This document shows positions 15,601-27,600 of a stretch of 64,000 nt of DNA, piece by piece. The DNA lies in the NCBI RefSeq assembly GCF_964204865.1, contig NC_135250.1, forward strand, positions 5,580,001 through 5,644,000. Reading direction: 5' to 3'. The DNA comes from Styela clava (lineage: Eukaryota). The translations under genes were made by a program, and so were the position numbers. Position 1 is the first letter of the stretch. Each line of letters opens with the position of its first letter. The notes beneath the pieces are model-generated. The model worked only from the letters and a program-made list of their open reading frames with translations. It had not been told where the DNA came from and ran no database searches.

Positions 15601-18600
15601 TTTCTTGCTAATAAAAGCTATCTGACATTTTGCAACATTTCGGCTAATTATTACAATTTTCGAAACGACAACTCCAAATTCCAACTCCAGAGAATTTGAA
15701 AATATGACTAAAGCTTGAGTGGGATTGTGAGCACATGTCAAAACTTGATTGTGACCTCACAGCCCTTGATATAACCACAATTTACCATGCATAAATGAAG
15801 TAAAAAACAATTTAAAAGACAACACAAAATCAATCGAAATAAATTGATTTGAAATTCCTTCCACAGGCAAAAAAAGAATACAAGCAAAAAGGCTTATTAT
15901 ATAATTAGACACAGTTAGTCCAAAATCCTTTTTTTTTTCAAAGTTTTCAAATTTCAAAAAATAAACATACATTGTGAAAGGTCTACGAAGCTATCACCAA
16001 TTCTCCCGAAAGGAAATCGAAGAGCATATTGTCTAATCGTAGAATTTTGAAATAAAATTCCAACTGTTGTCCCTTGTTCAACTGATGTCAGATTTTTATA
16101 AGCTGTATCCATTGCCGCCTGTCGAAAAATATAATATAAGTATCAAACAATATCAAAATAATATAAGTATCAAAATATCGATGATGCTGGCATGTACCAG
16201 TTCAAAAAACGACGCTCAAGAAGTATGTGTCCCAATATGGAGGTAACTAATTTTGTTCGCCTACTTTACATCAAGTTGTGTAAAGGGACTGATTACTTTG
16301 GGCAGGTTGTTTATTCACTTGGCTAACACAGACAGTCCCCGAAGGGGAAACTTGGAATAAAATTATGGCCTAACCCTAACCTGGTATACACACTACGGGA
16401 GTACCCAAAAAACTTGTCTCAAACATACTAAAGCGTATAATCAAGTAGGCAGATCTGCATTTATAAAACCATCATTTTCCATTCTTTTGCTTATCAATTC
16501 TGAAATCAGTTCTTATGTTTTTACACACAGTTCTACAAAAAATACCAAATAATTCATGACTAAATCAGATTAAAAAGAAATTTAGGAAATTACCGGTAGT
16601 TCAATTGAAATTCTGAAGTCTATTATTTTTTAAAAATGTAATATTGTTCATAATATTTCAAAATATTAAAGGCATTGCCCCTCCTAACAGGGCAATGCAC
16701 GAAGACCATGATTCAATTTTTTTAAATAAGGAAATATGATCAAAGCATAATCGCGCGGCCCCCACTCGATCATTTCAATATGATCAGGAAAACAGCTATG
16801 AAGTTCTTGGAAAAAAATTTGAGTATAAAACGATAAACTAGTGAGAGTTCCCAGCCCATTAATTTAGGATGACACAAAACTTTGTCTGTGACAAGTTACA
16901 TCGACGCAACACCAAATATAACCTAATCATTTTTGACAGCCTTTTTTGAATATGGTCTAGCAGGTTAGGTATTGTCAAAAGGCTAGCCCAAATATGACAA
17001 CAGTAATGTAATAATGTAACAACTATGTATGAATGTATCAGTGATTCGTACAAGTGAAGGGACTAAAAAGGTAGGTAGGTATCACAAAACCGGACAAGTC
17101 TGGTTGTTTCGGAATTCAGATAATCTGCAAAGGCGAAATCTTAAATATTTAACCATTTGGGCACCGTGGTATCACATAATATATTTGCAATCATGATCTT
17201 ACCTGAGAGTCAAAGATTTCATAGCTCAAGGATGGAAGTAATCCAGAATCATTCAGTGATTTCATAAACCTGTAAAGCAATTGGTTGACAGAATAATTAT
17301 ATCGAAATATGTACAATGCAAATTAATTATCATCTTTTCACTGCTTGAGACAAGAAAGTGTAGTAGAGGAAAATTTATATGCTACTCTAGAAAAAGTTTT
17401 GACGGTTCAAAAAATGTTTCGTATATGTTGGAAATTTTGACTTTTGACGACTACTACTTTACTTAGTCATTTTAATTTGTTCTAATACATAAGCACAACA
17501 TATGGAGAACACCACAACTAACCAGCAGTGATATAAAAACCCTATTCATAAGAGTAAAAAGGTCAGAATTCATTTCAAACACGCTTATTCAATGCTCGAT
17601 TTTATTAATCGGTGCATCATACATTGCAAATATTTCGAAAACATAAAAATTGGTAACTTCAAACATATTCACTAAATTCTATTAAGTTTTAGGTTGTTTT
17701 ATCATTACAATAGAAATATTCATTTTTCTTAAACAAATATTGGCCAATTGGTAAACCAAACCATCTGCTAAACATAATTGCTTGAATACTTACGTTTGAG
17801 CTTCAACAAAATTTGGGGCAGTAAAGATCGTTCGCAGGGTCGGAGGAGGAGATATAACAGTTGTAGCTATATCTGATGACGGTATCGCTGGTAGAGCAAC
17901 AGGTTTATAAGCAAATGACTTCAATACAGCAAGGAGAACAACAAAGTAGATTGGCATAAACACTTCCTGAAATACAATCAGAAAAACTTGTTACAGAAAT
18001 TGTGTGAAATGAAATTCTTAAGTTAATAATACCATTCCTATTATCGGGGTTGGGTAGAAATTCCTGAACCCAAAGTCTCGAGTCAAATCGAATCACAGTT
18101 AGGATAGGATTTACATATTTATCCTGAGGGAGAATAATCCAGCAATCTTCCGGCACATGACCATCCCCTAGGATAACCATAACCAAGGGATTTGAACTTG
18201 CCAACCTACTTAGGGTAATCAGAGGTGCGGTAGCGAGCATATTGCTAACGCTTAACACAATGCGCCACACCGCGGAGTCACTGTTCATCAGTCAGATGAA
18301 GCTAGAATTTGTCAAGTCTCGTGACCCACCTCAAAAATAACTAACATCAGATAGCAAAGAGCTACGAAATAGTAAGGCGAAAGTATGTTTAATTCAAAAA
18401 ACTTCTTGAAAATACTTGGATGGAACGTAAATAATGAATTAAATGAAAAGTTTGAAGTTGGGCTTATGGCCAACTTCAGCATAATTAATACCAAGATAAT
18501 CTAGCCCTAGCAAGCTAGTGAAGATTCTGCTATTTCTCACTCATGGGGTTTTCCAAATTAGGTTGAAGCTAAAGCAAACTAAAGTGAACTAAACAAAGTT

Positions 18601-18888
18601 TGTTTAGTTGAGTAATGTTATGTTATATAGTTTTCACAAATGTTATTACTAAATTCAGTAGATTTCGAATAAGTTATTTGCTTGAACAAAAAATATTCAT
18701 GAAAAATATCGAAAATCACTAATAATCCAGTATTATACACACAAATTCTATAGTGTAGTAATTGAAATTCTATAGTAATTAAAAATATCAAATACCTGAA
18801 TTGTAGCTTGTTTAATTCTGATTTTTGCGATAAAATTTCTCTTTATGAGAGTGACAGTTTGCCGCCATATTGTTACTTCAGGCGGCAT
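669..18888 (-). CDS. ABCA5: ABCA5-like ABC transporter, copy A, coding exons 1-20 (N-terminus, ECD1, TMD1, NBD1, R1, start of second half); 3' part lies left of the window
   Basis: Hand-spliced GT-AG exons in continuous frame: 18796-18888 ([24 protein letters not shown]), 17794-17966, 17203-17269, 15971-16118, 15291-15400 ([14 protein letters not shown]), 14788-14921, 14209-14295 ([15 protein letters not shown]), 13863-14004, 12941-13129, 9303-9450, 8568-8754, 7834-8000 (Walker [10 protein letters not shown]), 7001-7197 (GVCPQHD), 6175-6294 (LSGGQKRKL), 5954-6092 ([22 protein letters not shown]), 5659-5749, 5054-5193, 4429-4566 ([13 protein letters not shown]), 1512-1642, 669-789. The symbol means ABCA5-like subgroup, not proven orthology. 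Confidence 0.93.
1703..1923. mobile_element. Merlin-like MITE, subfamily 2 (paralog at 49636-49864)
   Basis: ~35-bp TIRs (G[A/G]TACTCCTGTAGTACGTGAACCAAAATGGCGGACA); perfect 8-bp TSD CAATGGTA; internal TTAGGG/CCCTAA motifs. Confidence 0.8.
3968..4180 (+). mobile_element. Merlin-like MITE, subfamily 1 (~210 bp; paralog 51905-52114)
   Basis: Matches family consensus GGCGCTCCAGAAGTGTGTGTACCA...TGGTACACACACTACGGGAGTACC. Confidence 0.8.
5280..5570. repeat. Intronic minisatellite of ~20-bp ACATTGACCATGC units (paralog 53232-53570)
   Basis: More than 12 TGACCA-containing units; unit arrangement differs in copy B. Confidence 0.85.
7586..7797 (-). mobile_element. Merlin-like MITE, subfamily 1 (paralog 55496-55707)
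   Basis: Reverse-orientation family copy, GGTACTCC...GGAGCGCC. Confidence 0.8.
9654..9873 (+). mobile_element. Merlin-like MITE, subfamily 1 (truncated to 57577-57657 in copy B)
   Basis: Family match; TSD CATATTTA/AATATTTA (7/8). Confidence 0.8.
10210..10462. repeat. Two-unit tandem duplication (~127 bp), also in copy B
   Basis: AAAAACATCAAACG...TAATATAATTTTATAAA occurs twice. Confidence 0.75.
14484..14763. mobile_element. hAT (Charlie/MER5-like) MITE (paralog 62248-62527)
   Basis: Termini CACTGGTTCTCAAC / GTTGGGAAACACTG; TSD TTCTAAAC/TTCTAGAC fitting the NTCTAGAN target preference. Confidence 0.75.
16211..16405 (+). mobile_element. Merlin-like MITE, subfamily 1 (internally deleted)
   Basis: Family match; perfect 8-bp TSD CAAAAAAC. 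Confidence 0.8.
18100..18273 (-). mobile_element. tRNA-derived SINE (internally deleted)
   Basis: Minus-strand head GCGGTGTGGCGCATTGTGTTAAGCG (A-box-like), GTTCAAATCCC B-box, and AAATCCTATCCT tail; homologous to 45847-46115, 22975-23210 and 19060-19190. Confidence 0.65.
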
Positions 18889-19499
18889 GATAATTATATT
18901 ACGGTATATTAAGAAACCTAAAATTAAATATATGTGACAAAATACAGAAATAAAATATATATAGTGACTGTTAACGACAAAACGATCGTGACGCAGACAT
19001 GAAAAAGATATTGATAAAATATTGATTTCTGTGATTGATAACTTCCTAAACTAATAGATAGGGTTGGATTTTCAAATTTATGTCAGGGAAAAGGAAAGTC
19101 AGTATGACAGCTTAATCATATGGCGAACCACAGCCCGTCATCCCGTTAGTAGCCCATGCTGGGTATGAGAATTGTATCCAGATATTTGTTATCTATAATT
19201 TTTGTGTGCCAGTATTCTATTGTCATGTTCCTCTGTACTAGATTTGTTATGTTATGATTTGGAGCCAACCTGATCATTCAAGAAAAAAAACTCAACATAT
19301 TCATATTCGGAAAAATCTGATTCAAAATTTTTTAAATTAGAGATTCGATTTGAAAATATAATATGCAGAAGTTAGTTATTCAAAGATTTGTTCTCTCCAG
19401 ATCCTGTAAGCCATATATATACATATATTTTATCAAATACTGGTCGTCAAAATAAACTAATATTTACCATACCAGTATACCATACTTTTTTGGAATTTA

Positions 19500-19760
19500 T
19501 GGGTTGCTCGCTAGCTACAGAGCTAGATCACCTGGCGGAATCAATGGACCTTTCCCCGAGCATCGACTTCTTTGTTTACTTCGTGACATTAGCCAATTAG
19601 CAAGATGCAAAAAGTGACGTAACAATGCTCCCTTTTCGCATCCGCTCAGACACTTTTCTCACTCAGACAGATTTTCAAGCGTGGTCGTAAACATTACCTC
19701 GTTTTCGCGTTTTTGAACTCTATTCGTTAGTTTTCAGTTGTGTTTCGGAAACTTAAATAT
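19500..19760 (-). promoter_or_regulatory. Candidate promoter / non-coding first exon of ABCA copy A
   Basis: Locally CpG-richer segment with CRE-like TGACGTAA (~19615) and a minus-strand donor-like GAG|GTAATG (~19697), which could pair with the acceptor at 18918-18919 just upstream of the ATG exon. Confidence 0.3.
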
Positions 19761-20843
19761 AAATCAGATAATTCAATGATTACTCTGTCTTCCTAGGAGT
19801 TTTAATTTAATTGCAGTAATAAAAAATTAGTGTAGAAATAGCTGTGATAAACTAGGCTAAAATTCTTTACCGGTACTTTCAATAAACAGATTGTTGTATG
19901 CGATGATTCATAATGATGGTTTAAAACACATACCCCATTTTACAGGCGCCAACTCGCAAAAGCACTCTTAAAATAGCGCCGAAAATTTTGCAATGGTAAA
20001 GTATAGGAGGAATTTTTCGGGGGTCAAAGGTCGGGGAAAGGTCCATAGCTCAACTGGTAATAACTGTTTAAATGCCCTGCAGCGTTGCTACTTTTTGAAT
20101 GAAGAAGTTTTGAATCGTTCTCCTATTTTATTCTTTTGCTTTAATCACGGTACGGGTACCGGTACTTTTCATTCATAGCCACAAACAAAACATCTGTAGT
20201 CACATGCTGTGTACAAATATGCGAATCCCGTGCTTGGCTGCAATTCTGTAAAATTACCATGCGAGTTATAAATTTTTTTGCTCGTCAATGACTTTGTTTC
20301 CTTATTATCTCACTCCACATCCCCACACTTTTCTCATTGTGTTTCTTTTTGTAAATCGCTCACTCGTTGTTTTCCTCAAGTCATGTGCTCACGGAACACG
20401 TGAGCTGCGTAAACACACATTTATTTTCTCCTTTCGGAACAATTGTTTGTTTTTTTCTCCTCATATTGTCGCTGAACGTTGTTCAATCATTTTTAGTTGA
20501 GGAATGAGAATGTCAGCGCTCTGAAAATGACAGCTGTAGCTTCATAAAGAACACAAGCTCGAGCTAAATACCACTAGACTTAGGTCAAACTATCAAAATA
20601 TTTAAAAAAAAATAAGGAAATATAGCATCACGCGTCTTATTAGACCTTAGTCATACAAAAACCCGCCGCCCATGAAAAAACATAAAGTGGCATAAACAAA
20701 CATTTTCGATGCTAGGTCTCGCGGGGAAAGTGGTCACAGGTGATGGGATGTCAATATTTAATTGTCCAATCTTATCCCGAGGCATAGATGTTTAAAAAGA
20801 CAACTGCCAACGTTCAGCTTACTTGAACAAATAACGAATATTG

Positions 20844-20953
20844 GGTACTCCCGAAGTATGCGCACCAGGATGTCGCACATCCTGAATCCTAACCTGGTAC
20901 AAAACCTAAGTTCAGGTTGTGCGCCATCTTGGTGCGCATACTTCAGGAGGTCC
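20844..20953. mobile_element. Minimal 110-bp Merlin-like MITE (hairpin)
   Basis: ~45-bp TIRs GGTACTCCCGAAGTATGCGCACCAGGATG / CATCTTGGTGCGCATACTTCAGGAGGTCC; perfect 8-bp TSD GAATATTG. Confidence 0.85.
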
Positions 20954-21235
20954 GAATATTGTTGTTTCTGTATAATACCTATTTATATACCGTATATGCT
21001 TCTCAGTAGTGGGCTTTTCATACCATTTTCATATCTCCTGATTCTGTAATCAGTTATATTTATTTGTCCCTAACCGACCAGATGTTACGAGAAGATTACC
21101 GTACGTTACTGTACGATTGCAAGGAGTCCAGGGAGTGGGTGCGGGACCCCAGCCCCCATTTTTCAATGTAAAAAAATCATTTTTCTGTGTATACATAGCA
21201 CATTTTTGTAGCTTGAAAACCTTTTTATTCGTCAG

Positions 21236-22664
21236 TAGGCTTGCACGTAATTGACAAAAATCAATTCCGTAATTACGGCCAAATCGATTACGTAATGACC
21301 CCGTAATTTCGATATTTTTTTCACACATTTAAACCTATCATAACAACCAATTGAATTAACTTCTATTCCGAATGGGACATCGAAGTTTGGTTTTCATATT
21401 CCCGGCAGTACTACACGCCGGCGACAGGTGTTAAAGACAAATATCAAGGAGTGAATTCAAATTAATTTTATTCTGATTTTTATCTTTTGTGTTAGCTTTG
21501 ATTTTCCTTTATCACATTTATCACCCAATTTCATGCGATCAATTTTATCATTACCAACACTGGTATACGGATATTTATGAAACGATAGTTGACTTTTTTT
21601 TAATCGTATTAGCGTATTGATAGGACTTTCGTATTAAATAAAAATTTCGGGTTTCTAATTTATTAATCAGACTTGTTATTTCACCGTTTTTATACAATAT
21701 CCGACTTTCCTACTTAGTTAGCATTTTGCCGACTTATTGACGATATTCCGATTACCATGCTTTATTTTACATTAAATCATTTCGCGGCCTAAATATTATA
21801 ACATTATTTGCGATAATTCAGATCAAATACTAATTATTTGCGCATAATTTAAATACCGTACTTATATGACATGCCTTCTCCGGAAATACAAAGTTATATC
21901 GCAAAACAATGCATTTTGTGACATTTATTTTGCACTCACGAAAATATTAATTTATTTTTCTAACTCAAGTCGACAATCCTATCGGCCAAGATTGACACAA
22001 GTTTGGTCGAATGCTGGCGCTATTCGAGACGATGATAAATCAAAATAAGTTGCCGCATTTGGTAAAGACATTTAATCATATTTGGCCGAAATATTGCGAG
22101 GCATTGTGAAAAACATATTGAGCGAGGCCAAGTCTGGACAGATATATAACGATGAAACCGGTAACAGAACATCAAGATTCTGTAATAGAAAATGGTTCTC
22201 GCGCAGAATAAACACGGGAAATCCCGGCGTTTCTCTGCCGGCTCAATCGCTTTACTGATGCCGAAAAGACTAAGTTGCGTTGGTTCATTACGCAATTTCT
22301 CTTCCGTCGTCATATTGCTGTTTGATAAGCGCGACATTAATTATCACGGCATTATCTACGGTTAATATGTACATTGGCCATGCTAGATAAGTTGATAATA
22401 GATTAGTAACTGGCAACGCGTTATGCCTTCCCCACCTGCGTGACAAGAGAGAGAAAAACGGCTGCGAATACCGGAACTCTAACTTCTTCTACTTACTAAA
22501 CTTTAATTTTTTACAATCGACGGAATTGACTGCTCTGAAAAGAGCTCGTTTCAATTGCCAAAGCGCTCGACCAATAATTACGACTTTACGTAATTCGTAA
22601 CTTCCCTTCCGTAACTCGAAATAATTACGTAATTCCGTAAATCCGTAAATTACGTGCAAGCTTA
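21236..22664. mobile_element. 1.43-kb non-autonomous hAT-type DNA transposon
   Basis: TIR TAGGCTTGCACGTAATT / AATTACGTGCAAGCTTA; perfect 8-bp TSD TTCGTCAG (21228-21235, 22665-22672); subterminal CCGTAA/TTACG repeats. Confidence 0.85.
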
Positions 22665-22974
22665 TTCGTCAGCGAAAATTTCTGCCTGAGCCCAAATTAC
22701 AGCAATCGTCTCGCACCTGCCGACCGATGTGGCATGGGTGGGGTGTAACAGACTTTGGGTGAAGATTGAAAAGAAGTACCATTTCATAAACGGTTGAAAG
22801 TTCCAACATAGGAGAAATACTTGAGATAAAGCTTTGTTGTCCTGAACCCCAAAATAGGCCCTGCCGGCAGCAAAGTAAATGTTAAATTCCAGTCTCAGAC
22901 TGACGATAATTTTATTATGTCAAACCTAAAGCTTTGAAAACCTGAAAAGTTGGGCCTTTTTGTCACTCGCAGGT

Positions 22975-23210
22975 AGGATTGGATTTACGTATTCATCCCG
23001 GGGGAGGGGAAAGTGGATAAGACGGCTCAACCATATGGCGAACCACAGCCTCTCGTTCGATTACCATTTCATGTCGGGTATGGGATTAGTTAGGTATTTG
23101 TTTTCGGAAACATGGACTTGATGATAGTGGAAGCCGTAACCGACCAGCGGTTACGTGAACCACCTTACAGTGGCGAGTCCAACAATCCTCTCGCACATAA
23201 CTATCCCTGG
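22975..23210 (-). mobile_element. 5'-truncated tRNA-SINE family copy
   Basis: Reverse-complement homolog of 45915-46115 (shared spurious [18 protein letters not shown]). Confidence 0.7.
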
Positions 23211-24638
23211 ATGGGATAGGCCTACTTCACCGTTCAAAATGATGATACGTTCTTGCGAAGTTATTGCTCAACAGAGCAGAGATCGCGAAACTGTCACTGA
23301 CCGAGATCTAATGAGAATTACAAATATGATCGGCCAAATGGGTACCATGGAACTCACTCAGCCCCAAATAACAGCGACTTGACTTGAGAATAGACTAATG
23401 ACTTGACTCTGGATGTAGTCGAAAAGATCATTTCCATGAATGATACCGATGGCCACATAGATTAAATTGTAAACGTTTTCCGCAGTTTTGGCAAACATAG
23501 CAACAGCATTGGTAATCGCTGAACTTTTACAAACACATTTACAATCTCGAGCTTCGGAACCTTATACAGGCCTCTCACAATATTGCTTAGATAATTGCCC
23601 TCAACTAAAATTGTTTATGATAAATTGTGAATTTTGTTTTGTGTTTCAATATGATATTTTGATTTGAGAACCACTCGCACATCAACTACGCTATTTTACC
23701 CAATGCCAGATAATAAGTCTGTTTACATTCTGTGGAAGCTTCTTTTTGGACACGTCAGTGGACATAACGATCGTTTCAATATTATGTTGTTGTTTTTGTT
23801 TTCCTTCGTCATGATAAAATCGCTTTTTTTTCGAATACTGGATCAATTGCTTTGAAATTTTCAGTGGTTAAAGATTGATTTTTTTTGCCAGAAGGCTATT
23901 ACTTTTACTTATTTCAAAAATTTCTGTGGCCTTCAAGAGATTCGTTTTTTTGTGTCAGAATAAAAAATAGGGACACCTTGTATGTGTCCATACATTTGAA
24001 CATAGCTCTCTTGTCTCCATTCGAGCCTCATGTCAGACGGCATGAAACATTAATTGATATCTGAACAAATTGTCCTTTACAAAAGATTGATGCAAACGGT
24101 TGAAATGTGACATCCGCCGTGTCGCATTCTTTTCCTGTAGCATATTTTATATTGTGCTATGTATTTGTCGTCGATCATTTCGTGTGGGATGCTCAGCATA
24201 ATGAAAGCATCGCGCTTCTTCTGAATTATCGATCTTTCAGGCAGCAATACCTCAAATGTTGAGTACGTGGTATATTTAGATGAAAGGTTGAGCCTGTTTA
24301 TGTTTCGCTTTCAAATTCGATTATTGGGTAATTTTTCATATTATAATTAATTATTACATATTAAAATTGAATTTTTAGACAAATTTGAAGCGAATAACGG
24401 ACGTCCGCATGCTGGCTTACTATCAACACAATTCATAGTGACCTAATATATCTCCAGTGAAAGTCTGTTCTTATCCTGCACTATTTATGAAGATTATACC
24501 TCTTGAAAATAACCCAGCAGCTTATTTACCCGAAAAAAAAACACGAGATCAAATTAAGCGCTTTAAATAAATATCAAAATCTGTTTTTTTTAGGAATTAT
24601 TTCAGCAAATTTCAAAAAGAAAATAAATAATCCCTAAA

Positions 24639-27600
24639 ATGTCACAAGCAAGTAAAATAACATTGTCGCTATTTGTGACTGCTTTTGTTGTAACAGTCAA
24701 TTGCAACACTTGTTCTGTTAAACCAATGGAGAAAGGCGTGGATTTGAATAAGGTAAGTACAGTATTATTAGCATTGAATTTTGCGTTATTTTTTTATCGC
24801 TAGTCGTCACTAACATGTAAAGTTAACTCCAAAGTAAATTCAATTTCTGGTTGCCGTCGCAAAATAACCGCAACATTGACCAGTGAAAGTATTAGAAGTC
24901 CAGGTTTACTAAAAGGTGCTCCTGAAGTATGCGCACCAAGATGGCGGACACCAGAACGTAGTATGTGTACCAGGTTAGATCAGGCCATAATTTTATTCCA
25001 ATTTTCCTTATTTTAGTTCTATTACGTGTTGGGGGACTAGTCAAGTGATTCCCGTAGTATTTGTACCTAAAATTATGGCCTAACCCTAACCTAGTACACA
25101 TACTACGTCCCGGTGCCCGCCATCTTGGTACGCAGACTTCAGGAGTACCAACTGAAATATGGCTAACGGTACAATACAAATCGATAGATGCCAGAAATGC
25201 ATTCTGCATTTCTCCTGAAAACGACTTCATTCGCTTTAACAGTAGTTGGAATTGGGTTCCATTACATTTGAACCCACGTACATTTGAACCCATGACAATT
25301 GCACCTGTATGCTATTACAACTATGGAATTTTTTTTGTTTCACGGATAGTTAAACCCATACTAACCCTAACCCATGGGTTTTAGCACCCGCATATAGATT
25401 GAACCCGTGGATATACGCATGGGTTTAAATGTACATGGGTTCAAAGGTACGGTATCCTTGGAATTGATAAGAAATCCATAAGTTAAGAGCAATAATTCAA
25501 TTTTATACGACAAAAAGAGAGTTACGTGTATCATAGCCCATTTTGAACTGAATATATTTTACGTCTCTCAGCTTGCTGGAACAACTTGGTATCAAATGCT
25601 TAATGCAGATGATCCGATTGATCGCGTCACTCCTTGCTATGTCATGAAGTTTGGTGAAGCCACAGAAAATGGAATCAGCTTTGAATTTGTTATGCTAGAC
25701 CCCAGGTAGGTTTTAAGTTGAAGCGTAACAAATTCGAATGGTTCAGAAATGCCTTTAGGCTGATCTATGCTGACTTAGTATGCAATAATCTGGTGGTATT
25801 TTTCATTTGGAAAAATTTATATGTCGTGTACAGACAAGACGTCAATACACAGTTTTATATAATACTTTTTTAATAAATATGATTTGTATTGCATCACATA
25901 CCAAAACCGCATTGAATTACCAGAATTCCATTATTATATGAAGTTTGAATACAAAATTTCAAATAGTGCATTTTTGGTACTAATTTTTTCAGTAACTTGG
26001 GTCGTGTTGAGACATCTTATCAACAATTCTACAAGGAAGGACAAGCCTTCAGATTCAAGATGGATAATGGTTATTATAATTTATTTGTTATCAAAAAGAT
26101 GTGCCTTAAGCTTTGAGATAACTATTTCGTTATACTATGCACTGTCTATGTAACTAACCTCACATGCGTTGTAATTGAAAAGAATGTATATATATATGTA
26201 TAAGTTCTTAGGTTGTTTTCAAGTTTCAACTACTCTGACTTTTTCACAAGGAAATTCAGAACCATATATGGAATTATTTCGTGAATAATCAGAAGTTCAT
26301 GATAAAATTATATAATAGTTTCTCTGTATTTGTTATTTTGGTTGTTTTCATTATTTATCAACAGCCACACATTTTTACAATAGATGATATGCTTTGGCAT
26401 ATACCTACAAACGTATGCCAAGCATTGAGGCAATTTTTCTCACCAAATTCAGGTCTTTGCTTATAAACTAGTATTTACATTCTTTCCAGGCTTACACTTT
26501 TCTATTACTATTCTCTTAATTGTTTTGTTTCAGAGGAAAAATGGTTGAAGGCTTCGCTAAAGCAGGCGTTGGATAAACCAAAAGATGCGAGTGGAGATCA
26601 GAAGGGTCAGTGAATTTTATATGGATGCAATATTGAACGAGATCCCCACAAATTGCTTAAATAAGAGCTCCATCTGTTCATTTTATAAAATACAAAGTCC
26701 CTAGATTATTGTTATGAATGAACATTTTATGAGCATTGCTAAATATTAATAATTATTTTAACCCTTCCATTTTTTACAAACAGTTTTGTCTATAAGTTGC
26801 TTCGCAAATTCCGAGGAATGTGTATTTATGTTCCTTGCTATTTTTGTTGAATGACAATAATTTGTTTCCGTGTATTGAAAATATCCAGTTCAATCATCTG
26901 AGCAAATTTCATCCTTGTACTATTTTTTTAGAATTACTCGACCACTTCAAATACCCTGTGTATATCTATACCGACTACGAAACTTACTTCATGGGTATTT
27001 TGTGCCGAGAAGGTAAAGTTTTAAATATGCAAATCTCGACTTGATCAATGATGAAAAATGCTTAAATATTGGAACAAGTGACACAGACATAAAACGTCGA
27101 CTATATCCGGCATTGCGTTGAAGTGTAATTTATTAATATGAAAATTTCGAAAGTCACTCGACGCATTCACGGGATATTTCATTTATAACTATTGGGTTTT
27201 TCTATTTATTTTTTACCTCAAATCACAATTAGAAAGACATAATACATCCGCTATTTGCGCTGTTGGATTGAAATGTAGATGAAAGAATTTAAAATTCAAT
27301 TTAAAATAACCAGACGACGCACTTGCATGATGTAATGATTTAATTTTTTGAGTTTCACCCCTGTTAAGCAAGTTGAGATAACATTTTAGCTTAATTGCCA
27401 TATATCTACCATTTAGGTTAATGAAGCCAATTAGGGCGTATTGTATTATTATATAAACACGTCATTCCCAATTCCAAATTAACAATATTTTGTTTTTATC
27501 ATTTATAGATAGCCCAGTAGCGTTTGCGTATTCTTCCTACAACGGTATCTCAGCTGAAACTACGACAAAAATTTACAATGCAATGATTGAACACGACGAT

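Larger units (their letters stand above)
1..16235. repeat. Segmental/tandem duplication, copy A (matches 48213-64000)
   Basis: Colinear with 48213-64000 over exons and introns; offsets 47933 (1477/49410), 47764 (11462/59226), 47766 (15757/63523). Confidence 0.97.

Noticed and set aside
18100-18273. tRNA gene (A/B boxes)
   Set aside because: No convincing cloverleaf; it continues into a body shared with other dispersed copies, so it is a SINE.
17905-18288. 127-aa ORF
   Set aside because: SINE sequence running out of frame into ABCA exon 2.
24075-24310. ~78-codon minus-strand open frame with a vaguely FN3-like YIAQYKICYR
   Set aside because: No consistent splice sites or partner exons; similarity too weak to support.
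24892-25384. 133-aa and 107-aa ORFs (also 4010-4201, 51947-52219, 20762-21049)
   Set aside because: Read-through of MITE sequence (shared [11 protein letters not shown] peptide); not genes.
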